In this document: positions 25,260 to 34,722 of the stretch, one piece after another
How positions within the stretch are numbered: position 1 is the first letter of the stretch
Layout: each line of letters starts with the position of its first letter
Source: Schizochytrium sp. TIO01
Taxonomy: Eukaryota > Protista > Bigyra: Labyrinthulomycetes
Assembly: GCA_004764695.1 (NCBI GenBank)
Contig: SMSO01000035.1
Location: 2,868,362-2,921,152 of the forward strand
Direction of reading: 5' to 3'
Length of the DNA: 52,791 bases
Made by a program: the position numbers and the translations under genes
Notes under the pieces: generated by a model
The model's input: only the letters and a program-made list of their open reading frames with translations
The model's database searches: none
Told to the model about the DNA's origin: nothing

Positions 25260-26507
25260 TTTTCCCCTTTAATTAATTTACCCTAGCACTAAAAGAAAGC
25301 AACTCCACGGTTGATATCACAATATAAGACATATCAAAGATTAATTTTATGAAATAAAACCTACCCGAAGAGGATTAAAAGCAATGCAAGAAAGGCAATC
25401 AGGCATCTACTCTCGGTCAAAGATTCTCCACTTTTTGAAACTTTCCTTCCCTTCTTTCTGGCACACCTTTGGTCGCAGCCGCCCGTAGCTCTGATCGTTG
25501 AAAGCAACTCTTTGCTTTTTTCACATTGAAGCCGTGAAGCAAATATCCAACGACTCGACACATCTTTGAAATCCGAAAATTGTCGACTTGTTCTCCATTC
25601 TCTCCCAAGCTTGAGCTATATCAAGATTATTTTCTTTTACGCTCCTCGATGACACCGTTGCGAGTTTGTGTCGCTCCAAGACTTCATCAAAGGCAACAAA
25701 AGGATTCAATAAGCTCCCACCTCTTATCTCAAATAGACATCAATACAAGGATCTTTTCTTGCCTGCTATTCATTACACAATACGCCATGGCAATCAAAAT
25801 TCAACATCCTTCTTTTGCTTTACACACCAACTTAATTTCTTATATTTATTTAAATTAAAAGAAAAAAAAAGCTTGAAGAGTAGTTCTATGCGTTAGCTCT
25901 CTTCATCTGCACGACCATAAAGGGATGGAGTCCTTCCTCGTGTCGCCTCCTGCCTTGTTTTTGACCTAGACGAAGCACAAGGCCTCCTCGTCTTTCTTCA
26001 AGACTAGACTCCTCTTTTGCGCTCCCAGGATAAATTAGAAACGAAGTGAAAGCACCTTAAACAAAAGGGCAAAGGACCTTAACACAGGAAAGGAATAAAA
26101 GGGAATACCATGCCATCGCCAAAGCCGCAAAGCCGCAACACGAGGCAGCGCGCGCGCACGATATCCACGCACCCGCGACCTCTCGCGTGCCACACCCCTC
26201 CACGCGTTCGCTGTTCGTGGGCGAGACTTGGTCTACTGAGGCACTTGCGAGGCATCGCGAGGAGTCCGTCCGATCCTCCTTCCTTGCAGCTCAGAAGAAG
26301 GAGAAGGAGAAGAAGAAGAGAGAGCAGAAGTCTCCGTTCCTGATCAGCAGCGCGAGCGAAGACTCAAACTACAGACACTCTTTCTCTCTCTCTCTCTCTC
26401 TCTCTCTTTCGAGCGCCAAAGCAAAGCGAAGACAAAGACAAGCAAAGTCAATCAACGCGATTGATCAATCCATCCATCAAAGGCGAAACTCACTGCTGCA
26501 AAACACG

Positions 26508-27030
26508 ATGACTGTGGCAAAGAGCATTAAGGATATCAGAGAAGATACGACGGAGATTCGGTAAGTGCACCATGCAGAAGGGAGGAGACAGAAGAAGGAG
26601 GCATCGCGTCGTCGATGTGTTGTAGTAGTCAGCTTTGTAGAAGAAGAATAGTTCTGTACTAGTAGTGGCACTAATGAAGAAGTTGGAAATGGCATATACT
26701 TACTCTCACTTGTTCACAAACAAACAAACAAACACAGTCTTGATTGCAAGAGGCTTAGCTCGGAGTGCGCAAAGGCCGTCGCAAAGGCACTCGAGGGATG
26801 CAACAACCTTCAAACTTTAGAGTACGTTTGTGGAATCATCCACGAGGGAAAGCTATCGTAATAGTCAGGACCAAGCTTTTTCTTTCTTTCTTTTTAGTGC
26901 TTGGTGTTTGTAGTACTGCTGGTACACTACCTAAGTAGTTTACGTAGTTGGGTACGCAAAGAAAGGCAAAGAAGTCTTTTCTTTTTTACAAAGAGAAGAA
27001 GGAAATCTATATAATTTGATAGGCAGCAGA

Positions 27031-27063
<33 letters not shown>

Positions 27064-27473
27064 AGAAGAGCTGATTGCTTTTTATTGTGAGGGAAAACAA
27101 AACAAAACAGGATCAACTGACTGGACCTGTCTTTCCTGACAACGAATGAACAAAACAAACTTATTCATTTATACTCACAGTCTTGAGAGCAACAAGATTG
27201 GCTCAGAGGGCGCAAAGGCCGTCGCAAAGGCACTCGAGGGATGCAAGAACCTTCAAGAATTGTCGTACGTTTGTGGAATCATCCACGAGGGAAAGCTATC
27301 GTAATAGTCAGGACCAAGCTTTTTCTTTCTTTCTTTTTAGTGCTTGGTGTTTGTAGTACTGCTGGTACACTACCTAAGTAGTTTACGTAGTTGGGTACGC
27401 AAAGAAAGGCAAAGAAGTCTTTTCTTTTTTACAAAGAGAAGAAGGAAATCTATATAATTTGATAGGCAGCAGA

Positions 27474-27506
<33 letters not shown>

Positions 27507-30500
27507 AGAAGAGCTGATTGCTTTTTATTGTGAGGGAAAACAAAACAAAACAGGATCAACTGACTGGACCTGTCTTTCCTGACAACGAATGAACAAAACA
27601 AACTTATTCATTTATACTCACAGTCTTGAGTATAACAACATTGGCTCAGAGGGCGCAAAGGCCGTCGCAAAGGCACTCGAGGGATGCAAGAACCTGACTT
27701 ATCTGAAGTACGTTTGTGGAATCATCCACGAGGGAAAGCTATCGTAATAGTCAGGACCAAGCTTTTTCTTTCTTTCTTTTTAGTGCTTGGGGTTTGTAGT
27801 ACTGCTGGTACACTACCTAAGTAGTTTACGTAGTTGGGTACGCAAAGAAAGGCAAAGAAGTCTTTTCTTTTTTTACAAAGAGAAGAAGGAAATCTATATA
27901 ATTTGATAGGCAACAGCAGCAGCAGAAGAAGAGGTGATTGCTTTTTATTGTGAGGGAAAACAAAACAAAACAGGATCAACTGACTGGACCTGTCTTTCTT
28001 GACAACGAATGAACAAAACAAACTTATTCATGTATACTCACAGTCTTTACAAAAACAACATTGGCTCGAAGGGCGCAAAGGCCGTCGCAAAGGCACTCGA
28101 GGGATGCAAGAACCTGACTTATCTGAAGTACGTTTGTGGAATCATCCACGAGGGAAAGCTATCGTAATAGTCAGGACCAAGCTTTTTCTTTCTTTCTTTT
28201 TAGTGCTTGGGGTTTGTAGTACTGCTGGTACACTACCTAAGTAGTTTATGTAGTTGGGTACGCAAAGAAAGGCAAAGAAGTCTTTTCTTTTTTTACAAAG
28301 AGAAGAAGGAAATCTATATAATTTGATACGCAGCAGCAGCAGCAGAAGAAGAAGAGGTGATTGCTTTTTATTGTGAGGGAAAACAAAACAAAACAGGATC
28401 AACTGACTGGACCTGTCTTTCCTGACAACGAATGAACAAAACAAACTTATTCATTTATACTCACAGTCTTTTTGGCAACAACATTGGCTCGGGGGGCGCA
28501 AAGGCCGTCGCAAAGGCACTCGAGGGATGCAAGAACCTTCAAACTTTACAGTACGTTTGTGGAATCATCCACGAGGGAAAGCTATCGTAATAGTCAGGAC
28601 CAACCTTTTTCTTTCTTTCCTTTTAGTGGTACACTACTTAAGTTGTTTACGTAGTTGGGTACGCAAAGAAAGGCAAAGAAGTCTTTTCTTTTTTACAAAG
28701 AGAAGAAGGAAATCTATATAATTTGATAGGCAGCAGCAGCAGCAGCAGCAGAACAAGAGGTGATTGCTTTGTATTGTGAGGAAAAACAAAACAAAACAGG
28801 ATCAACTGACCGGAGCTGTCTTTCCTGACAACGAATGAACAAAAATGATTGATTTATACTCACAGTCTTTTTGGCAACAACATTGGCTCGGAGGGCGCAA
28901 AGGCCATCGCAAAGGCACTCGAGGGATGCAAGAACCTTCAAACTTTAGAGTACGTTTGTGGAATCATCCACGAGGGAAAGCTATCGTAATAGTCAGGACC
29001 AAGCTTTTTCTTTCTTTCTTTTGAGTGCTTGGTGTTTGTAGTACTGCTGGTACACTACCTAAGTAGTTTACGTAGTTGGGTACGCAAAGAAAGGCAAAGA
29101 AGTCTTTTCTTTTTTACAAAGAGAAGAAGGAAATCTATATAATTTGATAGGCAGCAGCAGCAGAAGAAGAAGAGGTGATTGCTTTTTATTGTGAGGAAAA
29201 ACAAAACAAAACAGGATCAACTGACTGGACCTGTCTTTCCTAACAACGAATGAACAAAACAAACTTATTCATTTATACTCACAGTCTTGAAAGCAACAAC
29301 ATTGGCGATGAGGGCGCAAAGGCCGTCGCAAAGGCACTCGAGGGATGCAAGAACCTGACTGGTCTGAAGTACGTTTGTGGAATCATCCACGAGGGAAAGC
29401 TATCGTAATAAGCAGGACCAAGCTTTTTCTTTCTTTCTTTTTGGTGCTTGGTGTTTGTAGTACTGCTGGTACACTACCTAAGTAGTTTACGTAATTGGGT
29501 ACGCAAAGAAAGGCAAAGAAGTCTTTTCTTTTTTACAAAGAGAAGAAGGAAATCTATATAATTTGATACGCAGCAGCAGCAGCAGAAGAAGAAGAGGTGA
29601 TTGCTTTTTATTGTGAGGAAAAACAAAACAAAACAGGATCAACTGACTGGACCTGCCTTTCCTGACAACGAATGAACAAAACAAACTTATTCATTTATAC
29701 TCACAGTCTTCGTTTCAACAACATTGGCGATGAGGGCGCAAAGGCCGTCGCAAAGTCTCTGCACAAAGCATGTCCTTCTGTTAGAATCTAGTAAGTTCCG
29801 TCCCCTCTGCTGCTATTCCCAGCTTGCGCAGAGCCTTGCCTTCGCTGGTTCTCTCCATGTCTCCATATTGACTTGCGAGGCCGTCTTTAGTTGCGTGCAT
29901 CGTTTTTCTAACAAGCGCTTTTATTCTCTTTCTTTTGTTCATTGATTTATCAAATGCAGCTATGACTGTTCTTCTAGAACTCCTAAAGAATTGTTCGAAA
30001 GAGTGTGTTCTCCTGGAGAGGACATTGCAGATTTCTCGTCAGAACTCGATTCCTATGCTTCCATAGAGGCTGCAGAAAGCGAGCCTTCTGCAGAGCCCAA
30101 GAACGAGCAAGATCGCGTTGAGGGCGCTGGGCCTGCTACTTTGGGTGGATCTGGGTAAGTTCATGCGGTCAGTCTTTGTTTGGGATCGTGTAATTATTCA
30201 TTCCGCGAATTGTGCTATTGAGATATAGGGGATCCTAACTTTTGCGTCTGCTTTTGTTGCTGCCTCAACATCATTTTGCTCGTTTGCTTACATCTTCTTG
30301 TTCGTCTCAGAGAACGGGCGGATGGAGCGAGCGTGAGTTTCGCTGATGTGGTGCAGCTTGCCAAGAAAGTCTCGGACTTGCGCGCGGACCGAGGCGGGGT
30401 CAGAGGAAATTCCCTGCAGACTGGGATTGCCCTGCTTGAGGAATTCGTTCGACCTGCGCTCCAGGGCTACTTTGGCCAAGTGAAGTTGCGACAGGTTTCC

Positions 30501-32999
30501 GCTGACATCAAGAACTCCAAACAGTGTCTTGACGCGCTACAAGACCAGATTCGTGCAAGCTCTGCAAATGGCTTGCCCAGCCTCATCGAAAAGCGAAACG
30601 CCGAACGATGTCGCCTGCATTCACTTTTGCAGGTTGTGTACCCCTGGGTTCGCGCCAACCTTTGCGAAAGTGATGAGAGTGCAGTGCGAGAATTCAAAGT
30701 GAGAGTTGAAAGTTTGGTACAAGATCTAAAGATCAACCTTGCACCAGTCGATGAAGAGACCAGCACAGATGACTTCAAACACTGTCAAGAACTCGTTGTT
30801 CAGGCTATCCAATGCGTGGAAGGGTACAAGAGGAGTGGAGAAGGCCAACTCAACAACATTGGTGAACGAAGCCAACAAGCTGTAAAACGCGTCATCTCTC
30901 GATTGTCTGAGCTCGAACTTGGTGATGGATTATGGGTTGCTCTGAGAACACCTGAGCAGGCCATGAAGCTAGAACCGGAGTTGTCTGAACTCGATAGTGC
31001 TCTTAAGGAAGAGATCGAAGCTCTACAAGGAGATACATTTCGTGCCCAATTGTCCAAAATACTTTGCGTGATAAGTTCAACATTTGCTCGATTTGAAGGA
31101 TACTCTGAAAGCACAGTGTTGAATGATGCAAGCAAGTGCACACCAACAGAGCTCTCTAATCTGTATGACTATGCAGTACTGGGTTTGAAAGAACCTTCTG
31201 TCTCAGATGTGGAAGCATTATACCAGAAACTTGACAAGTCGAGGATAGCCACAGAAATTTTGAAGAGAGCCAAAGAAGAACTCGAAATACAGGACATGGA
31301 TGAGGAAGATCAAGCATATTTTAGAAATCGTATCAAGAAACAAGAGCTCATTCTCTCTCAAGGCAACCCTATCGACCTTAGCAAAGCTTTTCGTCATAAG
31401 CTTGCTGAGACTCTGCAATACGCGCAGGAACATTATCCAGAGTTGCTGCAAGATAGAGCCTGGCTGGAAAGGCTTCACGTAAGTGCAGAGGGTGTTCTTG
31501 AAGTAGCATGTTCTGACCTTTGGTTGACGAATGTCACAGTTTCGGACTTCAAGCCTGTCGACGAGCCCCTTGCTTCCAGAAATGGCAAGAGAGTACAAAA
31601 GGTATTTGACAACTTTGGTAAAACTATGGTTCTCAAAGAGTTTCAGCTTGGGCATCCAAGTCAATCCAAAACCTTCTACAGACAAGTTGCCAATCTGGGC
31701 AAAGTGGTGTCTCAGCACGTGATACGTATCACTGGTGCTTTTGTTGATCTGGCACATGGAGTACCGCGTGGCTGTATTGTAATGCCTTTCTACGAGCAAG
31801 GTGACCTTGCCAAGTGGATTGATAGTCATCCTAACGAAGGCAAAGCAGCACGCGACCGACTTGCTGTGGGCCTGCTCATCGGCGTGGCGGATTTACATAC
31901 CCACGGCATTGTGCATTGTGACATCAAACCAGAAAACATTTTCCTCACAAGTAACGGGACACCATTGATCGGCGACTTTGACGGCATCAAGAATGCAGAC
32001 TACACTGCAACTTACACATCACTTCAGGCAACGCCACGGTACGTTGCCCCCGAGTTGCAGAATGGGCCTGTAGATAGGTTTGAAACAGCGATGGACATGT
32101 ACTCTGTAGGCATAAGCTTAAAGGAGCTGTATCCTACTGAGCGAACCGCTGCAATGCAGGCACTTATCGATGCTCTTACCGCGACAGACCCTAGTCAACG
32201 TCCAACCGCTTGTCAAGCACTCCAACATGAAACTTTTGGACCTCCTAAAATCCCTCTCAAGGAATGTCTTGTATGTTTGGAGGAGCATCTGCTTTCCGAG
32301 GGCACGAGCTGCGAGGAGGGAGACTTCCTTTGCAGAGACTGTATCGAGGCTACAGTGAAAGCGGCGGCACAACCACTTGCTGACGTAAGAGTCGATGCTG
32401 ATGGAACGATGGCGTGCATGAAACCTGAATGTGATGGAAGGATATCAGGTCAAGAAATCACCCGTCTTGCACCAACTGCCTTGAATCATCTGTTGTTGAT
32501 TGCGAAGATGAAGGCAGAAAGTGAGGCAGCAGTTTGGGCTGAGAAGGAGATCCAAAGGCGCATAGCGGAAGTTTTACGTGCAGAAGAACAAAATAGTGAC
32601 GCACGGCGGCATTTACTACATATTCAAGAGAACATCTTGAGCACATGTTGTCCGAACTGTAAGGCTTATGTACACGACTTTGACGGTTGCTGCGCTGTAA
32701 AATGTGGTAATAATGCTTGTGGTCATCACTATTGCGCTTGGTGTCTTGAGTACGGTTCCCAGGATACAGATGAATGTCATGCTCATGTGAGAACCTGCTC
32801 AAGAAGACTTGGGCAAGATCTACATTTCGCTGATTCATTCGAGCAGGTTCTTGAGGCATGGCGGCTACTACGCGCAGAACGTCTACGCGAGTACTGGAAT
32901 GCGAATATTAGAGACAGAAATCTCCAGCATGCTCTCGAACAGCTACTTGTGCCTCTGCTAACGCCAGACATCGTTGGTCCAGAATTTAAACTGTGTTAA
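26508..32999 (+). CDS. LRR gene B: 8xLRR - helical domain - protein kinase - RING1/Rcat (RBR-like E3), about 1202 aa, 11 exons
   Basis: Exons: 26508-26560 (MTVAKSIKDIREDTTEI); 84-nt LRR exons 26738-26821, 27181-27264, 27624-27707, 28044-28127, 28467-28550, 28866-28949, 29285-29368 and 29707-29790; 29960-30154; 30311-32999. All junctions are GT-AG and phase 2, total 3609 nt, in frame with the 907-aa ORF. Kinase motifs VLKEF, HCDIKPEN, DFDG, YVAPE and DMYSVG. Zinc fingers CLVC...C...CRDC...CMKPEC and CPNC...DGCCAVKC...CGHHYCAWC. Confidence 0.88.
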
Positions 33000-33440
33000 C
33001 TTTTATATGGAATTGTATTAACTAAGCTGTAGGTACACTGTGTGCTTTTCGGTGTGTGCTTTTCGGTGTACTTGCATAGGCTAAGAGCAAAAGATTTTGA
33101 TTGTTTCTCTTGAAGCGAATCTGGCTATGATAAAGCAGTTCTCATACTAGCTCAACATCTCTGAGTCTTGGAAGTGCTTCTATGATCTTCTCTTGTCAAA
33201 TTCAAACCGAAATTGTCCTTCAATACGTTTTTATTTGTTGAATTTTGAACTTGTCAACTTCGTCTCTGGTGCCAGTCTTTGCTGCGGACATTTCGTTCTC
33301 TGTAGGATCAAACAGCCGCTCACAGCTCCGCCCTGCCATCAGAGCGACTGGCTCAACCTGAGTTTGCGAATCGGCTCTTGTACGTTCCCAATAACCATAT
33401 GATGCTGGAACATTCGTAATACGTTACTACTTCGGAATAG

Positions 33441-33607
33441 CGAACTTAGGTGAAAAACAAAATGACGATTTTTATGTTATTGAGGTTCCGGTTCCGGGTG
33501 TAGGCAGGATGAATGTAACATGTTGAACCGAAGAGTATCGGACAGAACAGTTAAGTCAGAGGTTAGATGCAATGAGGTTAAACAACTAGCTGTATAAAAA
33601 TTAAACA
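33441..33607 (-). mobile_element. Highly decayed LTR relic of the same family
   Basis: Patchy colinear similarity to the 207-bp LTR: cgaacttaggtgaaa vs cgaactcaggagaaa, gttattgagg vs gttatcgggg, gatgaatg, and tagctgtata. Confidence 0.4.
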
Positions 33608-33817
33608 GGTTCATATTTCTTGGCACGCGGGACTTGGGAATCGAATTGTTTGAAAGCACTACAGGGATTAGAACGCAGACCCATTGAATTTTGCTTTGAC
33701 CGTTCCCTAGCCTAATATACCTTCAATTTGAAAACAAGTACTTATCCGGACCCCCCCAGATCATTACATCAAGAATGAGTTTGGCATTCAAGACACCCCT
33801 TGTGAGAAAACATATGG

Positions 33818-34310
33818 TTGGGCTATAGCACTGCTTCTACCTGTTTGGCAGTGGGTGCTTTCAAATCATCTAGTAATGATAGTGATACTCGTCCAAGCTT
33901 TGATCACCGTTCCATGCTGCAAAAACTAACCAGCCGCGCTCTTTCGTACATTGACACATATATGGAATTGACTCCAGATCTTTTGTTGGACAACCCCTGA
34001 TTTCCCTCCCCTCCACAAACTACCCCGATTCTGGTTATAACAAATTTGAAGCCTACGTTTATGCGATTGAAGAGCTCGAATACCGGCTCAGTCACCTACT
34101 TAACATACTCGTGCGTTGGAAGATTGCCGAGGACACATTAAGTGTGGCAACAAGAGACAATGGTCATGAGACTACGATTCTTGAACCAAGTAAAATATGC
34201 TCCCTGCCGCTGGTCTTCGTGCTGGTAAATGGTCCCTTTATGAAGGTGGCCACCGTGTTCCCTTCATTGTTTCATGGGGTCGGGCAATGCCTGCTGGTCT
34301 AACAAGAATG
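33818..34310 (+). pseudogene. Arylsulfatase-family pseudogene fragment
   Basis: The frame starting at 34203 reads PAAGLRAGKWSLYEGGHRVPFIVSW, the sulfatase LRGxKxxxYEGGxRVP motif. Upstream, in other frames, are DTLSVATRDNG (cf. NTLVIFTSDNG) and LGYSTA. Frameshifts and stops lie between them. Confidence 0.72.
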
Positions 34311-34722
34311 ATACTTATGTTGGATAAGTTGCCCTGATTTCAACAATCGCTTAAATGACAGGTGCGACAACCCTCGACGGGTCTGTCCGAGGCAGTTTCA
34401 GCTCCTGGCACTCAATCTGAGATGCCTCTAACGCCAGCCAGTCTGACATTCGCTCCAGCCATTCGATGGTAAACGAGCAACACAGTTGAAGTGATGGCGG
34501 AGAACTGCGGCATTCATTGGGTTGCGCCACCTGATTCAGATCCCTGCAAGTGAGAACTTTACAACATTTTGGCAGACCCCTAAGAGCGAATCGACACTGT
34601 TAGCTCCTATAGGCCTGGTGCCAACGTAGAAGACAGTTATCATGGATATCGTCAACAACTGATCAAGTGACAGCACTGCAATTTGTTAATACTTACCATC
34701 TGATTGTTCAACTCTCCGTTAC

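Noticed and set aside
25361-25896. Short ORFs between the 5S gene and gene B
   Set aside because: No recognisable motifs and in-frame stops; at most an unidentifiable relic.
26940-29684. Repeated minus-strand poly-Leu ORFs (MFCSFVVRKD...)
   Set aside because: They are antisense to the duplicated gene B introns; the poly-Leu comes from a variable (CAG)n microsatellite.
17460-29790. CRISPR-like array (constant repeats with short variable segments)
   Set aside because: The units are about 340-440 bp exon+intron modules with GT-AG sites and an LRR reading frame. The context is eukaryotic and there are no cas genes.
30276-30310. TTG start of the 907-aa ORF
   Set aside because: It lies in a pyrimidine-rich intron end; the AG at 30309-30310 gives an in-frame splice to upstream exons.
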